A program made the position numbers and the translations under genes. The notes under the pieces are model-generated. The model ran no database searches and was not told the origin of the DNA. It saw only the letters and a list, made by a program, of their open reading frames with translations. Positions 49,433 through 63,400 of a DNA stretch of 64,000 nt are shown piece after piece; the stretch's first letter is position 1; every line of letters begins with the position of its first letter. Source of the stretch: Planctomycetota bacterium (GTDB lineage Bacteria; Planctomycetota; SZUA-567; H5-PLA8); contig JBBRPR010000013.1 in assembly GCA_038227875.1 (NCBI GenBank), positions 1 through 64,000 of the forward strand, written 5' to 3'.

Positions 49433-50968
49433 TCAGTTCCCCTTATCCTTCGTCTTATCCACGGGCTTGGGCTTTTCCTTCTCCTTCGCGTCCTTGTCTT
49501 TTTTGCGGAAGACGAATTCGAAGCGCGTGCGGCCGGTGACTTTGCCGAGGATGCCGGAATCGTATTCGACAGAGGCCTGGTATTCTTCGCTGACGTCGCG
49601 GGCGCGGCGGACGACCACGTCTTTCAAATCGCCATCGGGCGTGACGTCGTAGCGGCGCTTGCCGCCGATGTCCTGAATGTATTCAATCTTCATCTGGTCC
49701 TGGTAGACCTGGCCCAGGAACGCCCAGACGCTGACGGTTTTGAAATTCTCCGGGAAATATCGCTCGCTGCCTTCGCCGGAGAGCGTGGGCTTGTGGATGT
49801 AGACATCCTGGCCATCGGAATCGCATTCAACCTGCGCCGTGACCTTGCCACCGTACTTCGGCAGCGTGTTCTTGTCGCCGGGCAACACGGAGAAGCTGGT
49901 CTTGTCGCCCTTCTTCAGATAAATGATTTCCTTCCCGCGTTCGAATACTCCAAAGACCAGGTCGTACGCGCCGGGCGGAACTTTCATCGTCGGGCGGCGG
50001 TCGTTGAAGGAGAATGAACTGTCGGCGTTGCGAATGATCATCACGTCGATTTTCGATTCCTGCGCCTTCTGCGGCCACTTGAAGGCGTCGACGACGTTCA
50101 CGGTACCCAGGTCCATCTTCGGCGCGGGGCGCATTTCAACGGTCATGCCCGCGGGGTGAACGAGGATCTCGTAAAAGTCGTCGCCGATGGGGACGTACTT
50201 GCCAAGGAACGTCACCGGCGATTCGCCGGCAATCAGCGCGTCTTTTTCGACATCGTCAAACTTCCCATTTCCGTCGTCGTCGATCAGGGTGAATTTCTGG
50301 CCTTTGAAATCGAACTGGCGCGCCATGCAGCGCACAATCGCGTACTTTTCTTTTTCAACAACCTGCTTGAAGCGGAACGCGTAGTCGCCGGAGGTGCCGT
50401 CGTCGTAATGCAATTCGCAGGTGAACGGTTCGGTGTAGCCGTCGGGGCCGACCGGCGATGTTTCGCCACTGCCGGGTTTGCCGTCGCCGTTGAGGTCCAC
50501 CCAGATCACGCCGGCGGCGTAGCGGGCGACGAGTGCGGGATAATCCTTACCGGATTTATCTTTGCCGGAGTGCGGAAGTCCCAGTTCAACCGGGCCGCTT
50601 TCCTTGGGAAATGTGATGACGTGCTGCAATTCCGGATCGAGCACGCCGGCGGTCAGAAACTGGCGCGGGTTGGGCATGGGCAGCGCTTTGGCGTCAAGTT
50701 TTTGCCAGGCATTGTTGTTAGCCGCAGCGGGCACAACGGGCGGCGCGGGAACAGCGGGGGCCGCGGCTGGTCCGGGACCCGGACCAGGACCGGGCGGAAC
50801 GGGTGGAATCACCGGCGGAATAGCAGGGCCAGCATCGGCGCGCGGCGGCGGCACCGGACGCACCGGACGCGACGCGTCCTGCGGGACGGGCTCAGCCGCA
50901 AATAAATGGCCCGCCAGGATGCCCGAGATACCGCATAGGGCCAGCGCGGTCAGTGACTTACGCATCAT
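49433..50968 (-). CDS. Exported hypothetical protein with Pro-rich N-terminus and DxNGDG/DDDGNG Ca-binding-like loops
   Basis: Signal peptide; WVDLNGDGK; LIDDDGNGKFDD. Confidence 0.75.
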   Translation of the reverse strand: MMRKSLTALALCGISGILAGHLFAAEPVPQDASRPVRPVPPPRADAGPAIPPVIPPVPPGPGPGPGPAAAPAVPAPPVVPAAANNNAWQKLDAKALPMPNPRQFLTAGVLDPELQHVITFPKESGPVELGLPHSGKDKSGKDYPALVARYAAGVIWVDLNGDGKPGSGETSPVGPDGYTEPFTCELHYDDGTSGDYAFRFKQVVEKEKYAIVRCMARQFDFKGQKFTLIDDDGNGKFDDVEKDALIAGESPVTFLGKYVPIGDDFYEILVHPAGMTVEMRPAPKMDLGTVNVVDAFKWPQKAQESKIDVMIIRNADSSFSFNDRRPTMKVPPGAYDLVFGVFERGKEIIYLKKGDKTSFSVLPGDKNTLPKYGGKVTAQVECDSDGQDVYIHKPTLSGEGSERYFPENFKTVSVWAFLGQVYQDQMKIEYIQDIGGKRRYDVTPDGDLKDVVVRRARDVSEEYQASVEYDSGILGKVTGRTRFEFVFRKKDKDAKEKEKPKPVDKTKDKGN

Positions 50969-51261
50969 CAATCCCTTCGTCCCCCACCCCATATAGTAAC
51001 CTATGATGTACTTCTAAGACTCGAATCCCGAAATTTCATTTCATCTAAATCGAATTTCAAAGCATTTTCTCTGTGTACTGGCTGCTTGTGCACTGTCCGG
51101 TCATAGGGGAAAGCAACTCTACCACTATAAGGGTGTACGCACGCGCAATGTTTGTGACTGCTTCGTCGACTCAAGGTGCACGTATAAGGTCGCTGTTGCC
51201 GTTCTGCGCTCTGGGTGTAAGATAGATCAGAGTACGGTAGGTCCCTTGAGGATTAACATCC

Positions 51262-51555
51262 ATGCCCACGTATGTTTACGGCCCGAACCCCGTCGGCGAG
51301 AAGCGCGATTGCGACGTCTGCGCGGGAACCTTCGAGACGACGCAGCGGATGAGCGAAGATGCGCTCACGAAATGCCCAAAATGCGGCAAGGAAATTCAGC
51401 GCATCATCATGGCGCCCAATCTTAACGGCGCCGGCGCGATGAAGAAGCCGAGCGACGACCGTCTGGCCAAGGCGGGATTCACGCAGTACAAGAAGAAGGG
51501 CAAAGGATATTACGAGAAGACGTTTGGTGGCGGGCCGTCGACGCTGGCGCCGTAA
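51262..51555 (+). CDS. FmdB-family zinc-ribbon protein
   Basis: MPTYVY...CDVC...[27 protein letters not shown]. Confidence 0.88.
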   Translation: MPTYVYGPNPVGEKRDCDVCAGTFETTQRMSEDALTKCPKCGKEIQRIIMAPNLNGAGAMKKPSDDRLAKAGFTQYKKKGKGYYEKTFGGGPSTLAP

Positions 51556-51564
51556 TTCTTAGTT

Positions 51565-51702
51565 TCACGCAAAGCCGCGAAGACGCAAAAAAACGGGATT
51601 CGGGATTTGGGAATCGGGATTCTCCGCATCCAGCTTCGCGACGAATCCCGATTCCCCATACCCGAATCCCGTTGTACTTTGCGTCTTTGCGGCTTTGCGT
51701 GA
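51565..51702. repeat. Composite inverted-repeat element between convergent genes
   Basis: TCACGCAAAGCCGCGAAGACGCAAA followed by GGGATTY units, mirrored by RATYCC units and TTTGCGTCTTTGCGGCTTTGCGTGA. Confidence 0.85.
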
Positions 51703-51712
51703 GATGAGCCGT

Positions 51713-52915
51713 TTACTTCACGGCCTTGACCACCTTCTCCGCTGCTTCGCTCAGCGTGGATGCGCTTTGAATGGGCAGGCCGCTTTCGGCGAGCTTCTTT
51801 TTGCCGAGTTCCACGTTGGTGCCTTCCAGGCGGACGACCAGCGGGACTTTCAGGTTCACTTCCTTCACGGCGGCGATGACGCCTTCGGCGATGATGTCGC
51901 ACTTCATGATGCCGCCGAAAATGTTGACGAGGATCGCCTTCACCTTCGGGTCGTTGAGGATGATCTTGAACGCGGCGGTGACTTTCTCCTTGGTCGCGCC
52001 GCCGCCGACGTCGAGGAAGTTGGCGGGCTGGCGGCCGTAAAGCTGGATCACGTCCATCGTCGCCATCGCCAGTCCGGCGCCGTTGACCAGGCAGCCGATA
52101 TCGCCGTCGAGCTGAATGTAGCTGAGGTCGTACTTCTTCGCTTCGATCTCGTTCGGGTCTTCTTCGTTGAGGTCGCGGAGTTCTTCGACGTCCTTGTGGC
52201 GGTAGAGCGCGTTGTCGTCGAAGTTAATCTTGGCGTCGAGCGCGACGACCTGACCTTCCTGCGTGACGACCAGCGGATTGATTTCAGCCAGCGAGCAATC
52301 CAGTTCGGCGAAGGCCTTGGCCATCGCGATCAGGAACGAGACGCCGCTCTTGAAGGCATCGCCGGAGAGGCCGAGGAAAAACGCGATGCGGCGCGCGGCG
52401 TGCGGATAGAGGCCTTCGCGCGGATCGAAGTGAACTTTCAAAATCTTCTCGGGATGCTTCTCGGCGACTTCTTCGATGTCCATGCCGCCTTCGGTACTGG
52501 CCATGATCACGGGCAGGCCGACGGTGCGGTCGATCACGATCGAGAGGTACAGTTCGCGGGCGATCTTGCTGCCGGATTCAATGTACACGCGCTTGACGAT
52601 GCGTCCGCCGGGTCCGGTTTGCTTGGTGACGAGCAGATTGTTGAGCAATTTGGTGGCGTAGTCCTTGGTCTCGGCCGCGGACTTGGCGATCTTGACGCCG
52701 CCTTCCATGATCAGCTTCGAATGGTCTTTCGGATCGAACACCTTGCCTTTGCCGCGGCCGCCGGCGTGGATCTGGCTTTTCACGGCGCAGATGGCGACGC
52801 CCAATTCGTTGTAGGCGCTCTCGGCTTCCGCCGGGGTGTAAGCAACTTTGCCCTTGGGGACGGCGACTCCGTATTTCGCGAGGAGTTGTTTTGCCTGGTG
52901 TTCGTGAATGTTCAT
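51713..52915 (-). CDS. sucC: Succinyl-CoA synthetase beta subunit
   Basis: [47 protein letters not shown]. Confidence 0.97.
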   Translation of the reverse strand: MNIHEHQAKQLLAKYGVAVPKGKVAYTPAEAESAYNELGVAICAVKSQIHAGGRGKGKVFDPKDHSKLIMEGGVKIAKSAAETKDYATKLLNNLLVTKQTGPGGRIVKRVYIESGSKIARELYLSIVIDRTVGLPVIMASTEGGMDIEEVAEKHPEKILKVHFDPREGLYPHAARRIAFFLGLSGDAFKSGVSFLIAMAKAFAELDCSLAEINPLVVTQEGQVVALDAKINFDDNALYRHKDVEELRDLNEEDPNEIEAKKYDLSYIQLDGDIGCLVNGAGLAMATMDVIQLYGRQPANFLDVGGGATKEKVTAAFKIILNDPKVKAILVNIFGGIMKCDIIAEGVIAAVKEVNLKVPLVVRLEGTNVELGKKKLAESGLPIQSASTLSEAAEKVVKAVK

Positions 52916-53224
52916 GCCGGTCTCCGAAAACGTTGATGTCTCTACGCGCTAATGCGATTGGTGCTCACCATAAGATGAAGATTGTAACTGCGCAAGCTCA
53001 TAGGCGCGCACGGGCAAAGTAGTGCGGTTGCGAGTTGTGATCCAGTCCAGATCCTCAGGAAAATTTTCCTTATGTTGACTTTTGACCACTACGAGAACCT
53101 CCCTGGCGATCTGGGGGTCCGATTCCCAACCCAATTTCAATATCTCAATACTTTTGTAGGAAAATATGACAGTTAAAACATATAAGTTATTGTAGTTTTT
53201 GCTTCAATCCTGTGAAAAACATAG

Positions 53225-55222
<1,998 letters not shown>

Positions 55223-55436
55223 CGGGGGCGCTCAGCGGATTCAGGGCATCGCGTATGATTCGTGTTTACCGCAAGTAATCTCTGTCCGGCTAAAAGTGGT
55301 CGGTCGTCGGTGCGGGGCTTGCATCGTATCTGAGGCGCAACGGCCAAATTCGCTTGAGCGTTTTCGCAATTTCCGTCCGGCTAATAGTTGTCGGTACTGA
55401 TTGGCTTAGCAGTCGCAGTGGGCGCGGCTGAAGCCA

Positions 55437-55532
55437 CAACCCTTACAGGGTTGCTCCGCGCGCTGGGGCATTTACCCAGGGTAGCGCTGCGGCGCAACCC
55501 TGGGCTTTATAGACATTAGCCCGTTGGGCTAA
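55437..55532. repeat. Three-hairpin REP-like element
   Basis: CAACCCT-TAC-AGGGTTG; CCCAGGGTAGCGC-TGCG-GCGCAACCCTGGG; TTAGCCC-GTT-GGGCTAA. Confidence 0.75.
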
Positions 55533-55776
55533 GTGGCTAAACGTGCTCGTCACTTCGCTCGATGGAGTTGCGGTATCGCGAAGCAACGTTTGCTCTCGCG
55601 GTAGAGATAGCGCCGAGCAGTTAAAGTATTCCGCACAGGAATTGGGGGTAGGCTGACCGGGCGAGACGCCCGGACTACAAAGGGCTCGCGAATTCCGCGT
55701 CCAATTTCCGCCGTTGCTGTTCTTTGCGTCTTTGCGGCTTTGCGCGAGATTTAAAAACCCGCGTCTTCGCGAGAGA

Positions 55777-57309
55777 TTAGAACTCCACCTGCAGGCTCAA
55801 GACCGCGCTGTTGTTCTTCACCTCGCGGACTTGGCGGTCGGCGTTGTCGACGTTCGATTCTTCGCGCGTCCAGTTGTAGTTGAGCTGGAGCTTGGTGTTC
55901 TCGCTGAGGTAGTAGTTCACGCCGGCCGTGTAGACTTCCGTCTTGAAGACGTCGAGGCGGCGGTCCGGATCGACGAGGTCGTGGTAGAAAAGGTTCTGCA
56001 TGACATCGTAGCGGAACGCGAATTCGAAGGGCTTGGCCCAGCACGCCAGGTTGTCGGCAAAGGCGCTCTGACTGAGGCGGTATCCGGCGGCGACGTTCCA
56101 GCCGTCGATGATGAACGGCGCGGGATCGACGGTGATCACGGAGAGGCCCGATTGCGCTTCGTTCGGCGCGAAACGGTCGCGGTACTGGCCCCATTCGCCG
56201 CGCACCCACATACCGCGGACGGGTCCGCCGGGATGGTACATCGCCCAGGCGTATTCCAGTCCGTGCGTCGTGCGGCGGCGGTCGAGTCCATTGACCGGAT
56301 CGGTTCCTTCCAACGGGCCGCCGGCTTCGCCACCGACGCCGTAAAGGATGCTGAATCCCAATTCCAACGTGCCCCATTTTTCCGGATCCCGGACGGCCAG
56401 CACTTTCAGCGTCGCGGCAATGTCCTTCTGATCGTTGTCGTCGGAGCGGTTGGCGCGGTGCTGGAAGGCGGTGCCGGCATCGTCGAAGACGCCGACCCAG
56501 TAGTTGATTCGGTCGTCGAGCCAGTAACCGTGAACCTGGAGACCCAGGTCGCGCAGATCCGCCAGTTGCGTGATCATGGCGCGCTCGACAAAGTCGAGGT
56601 TGCCGCTGTCGCGCGAGCCTTCTTCGCCCAGCTGGCGGCGCATTTCGCCGATGCGAAAATCGTGGTGCGGGACGAAGTCGTGGTAGTCGATCCAGGCTTC
56701 CTGCAACAGGCGGTTATTGGTGCCGACGCCGGAGTAAAAATTGCGCGGATCGGAGAACGGTGCTGCCAGCGTCGCGTCGCAATTGCAGGGCGAATAGAAC
56801 AGCGCCGAGCCGTCCGGACCGCTGGCCTGATTGGTGGGAAAGCCAGGGAACGCGGTGGCTTCGTTGGACGGGTCCATCATCACGTGCGCGCGGATGTTGC
56901 AGTCGAGGTCGTAGTCGAAACGGAGTTCCGAACGGCGGATGCGGAAGGAATCGTTGTCGGCCGTCGAATTGACAATGACCGTCCCGCCGCGGGGATCGGC
57001 CTGAACCTGTTGCGCGTCGACCCAGTTCTTGCGATCGTTCTGAATCGAATAGGCCCAGACCTGGAGCAGTCCACCGATGGTCAGGTGGCCGCCGCGGGTC
57101 TGCACGTCCAGCGATTCACACGCTTCGTGAACGGCGATGCTATGCTCGACGGCCACGCCGACAGCGGGCTCGTTTTTGGCGACGAGTTCCTTGCGCAGGT
57201 CTTCAACTTCCTTGCGCAGATCCGTGATCGTGTCTTCTTCGGCGTTAACAGCTGGTGCGAGGACAGCAAACAACACTGCCACCATGGGCCACAAGAGACT
57301 TTTCAACAT
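55777..57309 (-). CDS. Outer-membrane porin (OprO/OprP-like)
   Basis: Signal peptide and coiled coil, FRIRRSEL, LDFVERA, RDLG, GVNYYL..NTKLQLNY, terminal LQVEF. Confidence 0.85.
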   Translation of the reverse strand: MLKSLLWPMVAVLFAVLAPAVNAEEDTITDLRKEVEDLRKELVAKNEPAVGVAVEHSIAVHEACESLDVQTRGGHLTIGGLLQVWAYSIQNDRKNWVDAQQVQADPRGGTVIVNSTADNDSFRIRRSELRFDYDLDCNIRAHVMMDPSNEATAFPGFPTNQASGPDGSALFYSPCNCDATLAAPFSDPRNFYSGVGTNNRLLQEAWIDYHDFVPHHDFRIGEMRRQLGEEGSRDSGNLDFVERAMITQLADLRDLGLQVHGYWLDDRINYWVGVFDDAGTAFQHRANRSDDNDQKDIAATLKVLAVRDPEKWGTLELGFSILYGVGGEAGGPLEGTDPVNGLDRRRTTHGLEYAWAMYHPGGPVRGMWVRGEWGQYRDRFAPNEAQSGLSVITVDPAPFIIDGWNVAAGYRLSQSAFADNLACWAKPFEFAFRYDVMQNLFYHDLVDPDRRLDVFKTEVYTAGVNYYLSENTKLQLNYNWTREESNVDNADRQVREVKNNSAVLSLQVEF

Positions 57310-57368
57310 CCCCCCCTTACTACTTCAATTTCTTGTCGAGTCGTCTGAGATTGACGTGCCGAACTATA

Positions 57369-57402
57369 GTCGGCTGGAACCTTGACACAAGTTCCAGCCG
57401 AC
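57369..57402. other. 12-bp-stem hairpin between the adhesin and porin genes
   Basis: GTCGGCTGGAAC-N10-GTTCCAGCCGAC. No U-tract on the coding strand. Confidence 0.7.
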
Positions 57403-57431
57403 ACTTGAGGACATTTTTTTACTTTTTGAAA

Positions 57432-60400
57432 TTAATGATAGAGCTGGCCGCCCACGTTCTTCCTGGCCTTATAGGTTTGCGGTGACCTTACGCCATAGGT
57501 GGAGGCGCCCAATTTGACGCTGATCTGAGCCGGGGCCAGCGCGGTCGCCTTTACGTCGGCATTGACCACGCCGGTCATGGAGTGCTGGATATCCATGTTG
57601 GAGAGCGTGAGCTGAACGCGCCAGTTCTTGCCGCTGCGCTGGACCTGGACGATTGCATTGCGCGTGCGGTAGCGGCCCTTGGCATCCAGCGTCGCATTGA
57701 AGATGTAGCCGTTGAGCCTGAACTGCGTGGGCAGGTTGGCAGGGTTGAAATCGGCGGGCAGCGCCAGTGTCGTCAGGAAGACCAGGCGATCGGCGTTGGC
57801 CTTGCGGAAGTTGAAGCGTGCGGCGAAGCACTGGACCGCGTTGACCTTCAGATCGCTGCCACCGGACAAGGAGACCATCGACAGGTCGTTCTGATCGATG
57901 ACGCTGTCGTTGGGCGTGGAGTTCGGGTCCATCTGGTCGGAGCTGGAGACCTGCGCCACGTTCATGATTTCACCTTCTTGAACCACCTTGGTGGCCAGCG
58001 TCAGGACTTTGACTTCACCCACCTTGACGGTGCCGACCGTCCAGATGCCGGTGTCGCTGGCGAAGGCGCCCTGCGTCGCCGACGAGGAGACGTACTCCAG
58101 GCCCGCGGGGAGTTGGTCGGAGACGGCGACATTCGTTGCGATATCCGGACCGGCGTTGGTCAAGGTGATCGTGTACGTCGCGATGCCGCCGAAGTCGACC
58201 TTGGTGCTATCGACGGTCTTGGTCAACATCAGATCCGCCAGCTGCGGCGTTACCGTGGCCGACGCCGTGTTGTCGTCTGGGTTGGTGTCGGGCTGGTCGC
58301 TGCTGGTGAGCGAGACGACGTTGGTCAGCGAGTTGATCACGGTCAGGTGCGTACCGACCGTCAGCGTCGCCGACGCGCCGTTGATCAGCGTGCCGAGCGT
58401 CCACTTGCCGCTGGCCGCGTCGTAACTTCCCTGCGAGGCGGTGGCACTGACGAAGTCCAGACCCACTGGCAGCAGATCCGTGTAGACGACGCTAGTCGCC
58501 GTGTTCGGCCCCTGGTTGGTGACCTTGATGGTGAAGGTCGCCAGGTCGACGCGGCTGGGATGATTGTTGTCCACCACCTTGGTGACAGCGAGATTCATCT
58601 TCTCGGCAAGCGTGGTGACGCTGGCCTGATCGTCTTCGGTCGGGACGTGGTTGTTGGGCGTGGAATCGATGTCCGGCTGGTCGCAGGCGGTGACTTCGGC
58701 GGTGTTGGTGATGGCGTTGACGGTGATCACCTTGGCCTGGATTTGGAGCGTGGCGTTGCCATTGCTGGTGAGCGTGCCGACCGACCAGAGACCAGTGCCG
58801 TTGACAAAGCTTCCCTGCGACGGCGTGGAGCCGACGAAGACGAGACCGGCCGGCAACACGTCGGTGACGTCGACATGAGTGGCCGTATTCGGTCCGGCGT
58901 TGGAGACCTTGACCGTGTAGGTAACGACATCGTTGAGGTTGGGCGTGCTGTTGTCGATGACCTTGGTCAGCGACAGATCCACGAGCTGAGCGGCGATGGT
59001 GGCGCTGGCCTGGTCGTCTTCCGTCGGCACGTGATTGTTGGGCGTCGAATCGCTATCCGGCTGGTCGCAGGCGGTGACTTCGGCGGTGTTGGTCACGGCG
59101 TTGACGGTGAGGACCGTGGCCTTGAGCTGCAGCGTGGCGTTGCCGTTGCTGGTGAGCGTACCGACCGTCCAGATGCCGGTGCCGCTGACGAAACTTCCCT
59201 GCGACGGCGTGGCGCTGACGAAGCCGAGCGCCGCGGGGAGCACGTCGGTGACGGCGACGTTGGTGGCGGTGTTCGGCCCGGCATTGGAGACCTGAATCGT
59301 GAACGTGACCACGTCGTTGATGTTGGGGTTGGTGATGTCGACGACTTTCGTCAGCGAGAGGTCCACGATCTGGCCGGCGATGGTGGCGCTGGCCTGGTCG
59401 TCTTCCGACGGGAGGTGGTTGTTGGGCGTCGAATCGCTATCCGGCTGGTCGCAGGCGGTGACTTCGGCGGTGTTGGTCACGGCATTGACCGTAAGGACCG
59501 TGGCTTGGATCAGCAGCGTGGCGCTGCCGTTTTTGGCGAGCGTGCCGACCGTCCAGATGCCGGTGCCGCTGACGTAGCTGCCCTGCGAGGGGGTCGAGCC
59601 GACGAAGCCGACTCCCGCGGGCAGTATGTCGGTGACAGCGACGTTGGTGGCGGTATTCGGTCCGGCGTTGGAGACCGTGATCGTGTAGGTGATCACGTCA
59701 TTGATATTCGGGTTGGTGATGTCGACGACTTTCGTCAGCGAGAGGTCCACGATCTGGCCGGCGATGGTCACGCTGGCCTGGTCGTCTTCTCCGGGAGCAT
59801 TGTTGCCGGGCGTCGAATCCGGATCGGGCTGATCGCAAGCGCTGACTTGGGCTGTGTTGGTCACCGCGCTGACCGTGAGCACAGTGGCCTTGATCTGCAA
59901 GGTCTTGTTGGCGCCGCTGGCGATCGTACCCACGGTCCAAATGCTCGTACCGTTGTTGTAGCTGCCCTGCGAGGCGAGCGACGAGACGAAGCTTATGCCC
60001 GCTGGCAGAACGTCGGTGACGGCCACGTTGGTCGCAGTATCGGGACCGGAGTTGAAAACGGTGATCGTGTAGGTGATCACGTCATTGATGTTCGGGTTGG
60101 GGATGTCCACGGTCTTGGTCAGCGAGAGATCGCAGGTGATGAAGTGCTTGCCGAAGAGGTAGTTGGCCGCCGTCACGCCGGCGGGCAAGTTGAGGTTGAT
60201 GTGATCGTTGGGCGCGCTGAAGGTCGTGCCGCCTTGCGTGCCAACGGTATTGATGCCGCTGCTATAGCCGGGGGGATTGGTGGGTTCCGTCAGCGTGTAG
60301 CCGCTGACGTCGCTGGGGCGCAGCCCGAGGAAGCTGAAGAACCCGTTGACGTCGGTGTTAATGGTCAGCGACACGGCATTGCCGAGGTCGTCGTTGCCGG

Positions 60401-63400
60401 TGAGGTTGATGGTGTTGCCCGACAGGCCGATTTCGGCACCGGTCTTCAAGCCGTCGTTGTTCGCGTCGTGGTAGACATAGCCATTGATGTTGGCGAACTG
60501 GCGTTCGCCAAAGTTGTTGTTGGTGCCAGTCACGTTTTCATTCAGCGTGATGTTGGAGATCGCATCGCCAGGCGGAGCTGTGACTGTACCGCTGCCCTGC
60601 GAGCCGACGTTGTCGAAGTAATCCGCGAAGGCCACGGGTTGAGTTTCAGTGATGGTATAGGTGCCCGGTCGCAGGCCCGTGAAGTTGTACGCGCCGGCTC
60701 CGGCGGTCGTCAGGACGACGCTGCCAATGGAGGCACCGGTGTCGTCAGTTCCGGTCAGCGTAACGATCACACCGTTGATGCCCACGTCACCGGCGTTGAA
60801 GGTCTTGCTGGCGTCGCGGTCGTCGTAGACCGTACCTCCGAGGCTGGACGGGAGAAGTTCGCCGAAGTTGTAGTTGATGCCGTTGCTGGTGGCACCCGTT
60901 GGGATCACGATGTTGGTGATCTGGTTGCTGCCAAACCCGCCGGAGGTGCCGCCCACAGGCGTGCCAGCCTTGTTCTTACCGTCGATGTAGCCGACAGGAT
61001 GCGTCACGACAATGGAGTACGTACCCGGACGGAGGTTGCCGAAAGTGTAGCCGCCCAGTGGCACGCCAGGATTGGTCGTGGTGGTGAGAGTGACGGGGTT
61101 GCCGAGGTAGTCGGTACCGGTCAGCGTCACGGTGACATTGCCCAGCCCCGTGTCTCCGACATCGATGTTGGCATTGTTGTTCACGTCGTGGAAGACAAAA
61201 CCCGAGATCGAATTGGCGCGGATGGTCAGCGTGTCGGTGCTGCTGACGGGCGGCTCGTTGCGTTCACCCGCGTCGACTCCCGGCAGCGTGGTCGCCTGCG
61301 TGACCGTGGCGGTGTTGGATACGACCTGCGACGGCGTCAAGGTGGTCTTCAGAGCCACCGTAAACGTAAACGTCGCCGTGCTGCCCGCGCCGGTGAAGGG
61401 CATCGTGCCACCGGTGTATTGGATCAGTCCGCCTCCGCTGATTGAGAATGTGAATCCGGCGGCTGTCGTAATGGGCGCCACCGACCCAATCACGAATTGC
61501 GTCGGATCCAGTTGATCCTGGATGATCGTATCGAACGAGGTTGATGTGCCGGTGTTGGTGACGGTCAGGCTGACGTTCACTGTGTCGCCGGCATCAGCGA
61601 CGGTCTGGACGATGTTCTTGACGATGCCCATCTTCGGTTCCACGCAGGTCGTGGTGACGCCGAAGGTGTTGGGCGGATTGTTGGGGTCGACCAGAATGGC
61701 GCTCGGTGCACCTGCTGGTTGGATGTTGCTGGTACCCGCGTTGGTCATCGTGGTCTGCGAGCCGGTGAAGCCGATGTTGCCCGGAACATCCAGCACCACG
61801 GTCTGGTAGGTGAAGAAGAACGTGTTGTCTTCCAGGCTGTTGTTGCCCGGGTTGTTGATCGCGCCAAAGTCGAAGTTGACGACTGTGCCGTTGACGAAGG
61901 GACCGCCCACTTCCGTCGGAGCCGAGACGGTGCCGGCGAAAGGCGTGCTGTTGGTGCGGTTGTTAATCCCCGGATGAGCGGCCGCGATGTTCGCCGGGCA
62001 GAAGGTGGAGAGCGCAATCGTTCCTGCCAGATACTGTTGGCCGGCCGGGATGTTGTCGGTGATGCGGAAATTGTTGATCGTGCCTTCCGGAACGCTGACC
62101 GTCAGGCGGTAGGTGATCTTTTCACCGATGGTCACGTTGGCGTTGGCGGTCGACGCTTCGCTTGTGGCGACGATGGCCTTCGAGACGATTACCTGCGAGA
62201 CCGAGGTCGTCGCAACCGTGGACGAGATGGCGTAGTTGTCGAGGAAGGCATTGTTGATCGTGCCCGAGACAGGATTCGGCACGCTCTGCCCCGTGCGTTC
62301 GTCGGGATTCGCGACTTTGGTTTGACTGGTGCTGGTCCAGAAAACATTGGCCGTATTGTTGATCTGCTGCCCCGGAGAAACGCTGGCGGAGAGCGAGCCG
62401 GAAACGGTAATTACCACGGATGTTCCCGTAGCCAGATCCAGCGTCACCGCGGGGTCGCTCTGCAACACCTGATTGGGTCCGACGGTGACGATCTGGAAAT
62501 TCGCGGTCGTAGCTGCGCCAGTGACGGAGTTGATGACCGGCGATGTCAATTCCACCGGCAGGGTGTCGCCAAGCTTGACGTCGTAGGCGGTCTGGCCGCT
62601 GACGTTGCCAATGGTGATGGTATAGGTGAGCGGGTCGCCTGCGTCGGCGGCCGGAGCGCTCACGTTTTTAACCACGGTCAGGATCGGCTCGACGATGGTG
62701 AACTGCGGATTGTTGGCGTTGTTGCTGTCGGCGATTGTCGCCGTGGAGCCGGTGTTCGGATTGGTGTAGTCCAGCGTGGCCACGCCCACCAGGTTCTGGC
62801 CCGTGCGGTTGGTGGTCACGTCTGTCGAGATCACCTGCATGCGGATGATGAACTGATTGTTGTTCGTCGCGTTGTCGGCGGTGACCACCACGTCGCCGAA
62901 GGTGAACTTCGGGCCGATGCCGTCGTTACCCAGCGTTCCCGAACCGCTGCCATTGCCCAGCACCACGGCACCGAGCGAACCTGGATCGGAGAAGTCGGCG
63001 GCAAGCTGTCCGCCAGACGAGGCGGCGGCTGTGATGATCTGGAAACCGGCGCCACTGTTGAACGTCTGATCGAAGCGCAGCCCGGCAGGCAGCAGGTCAC
63101 GAACGACCACGGCCTTGTTGGTACCTTCGGCCAGAGTCACGAGGATATCGTAGGTCGCTGCTTCGCCGACGACGATGCTCGCGCCGGTGCTGCTGGCGAC
63201 GTTGGTGTCGTCGTTGGTGATCGAGCCGTCCTTGTAGCGCGCGTCGATGGACGGGACGCCGAGCGTGGTGGAGACGCTCGCGGATTTTGCGTAGTTGTTG
63301 AGTTTCGCGGCGTCTGTGCCGGAACCATTGGAACCGTCGCGTTCGCCCGTCGCAGTGCCCGCTCCGCCGGGAGTTGGCGAACCGGTGGGATTGCTGGTCG

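Noticed and set aside
45207..51555. UGA-recoded selenoproteins among redox genes
   Set aside because: TrxB, PyrK and FmdB have ordinary Cys motifs, and I saw no in-frame UGA interruptions.
52949..53140. 63-aa ORF upstream of sucC
   Set aside because: TTG start in an AT-rich divergent promoter region, with no recognisable features.
57582..61445. Very long plus-strand ORF (1287 aa) and similar antisense ORFs (e.g. 6361-8010, 10162-11826, 51695-52936, 55714-57348)
   Set aside because: Shadow frames opposite well-supported genes. They are expected from high-GC codon bias and show no recognisable motifs.
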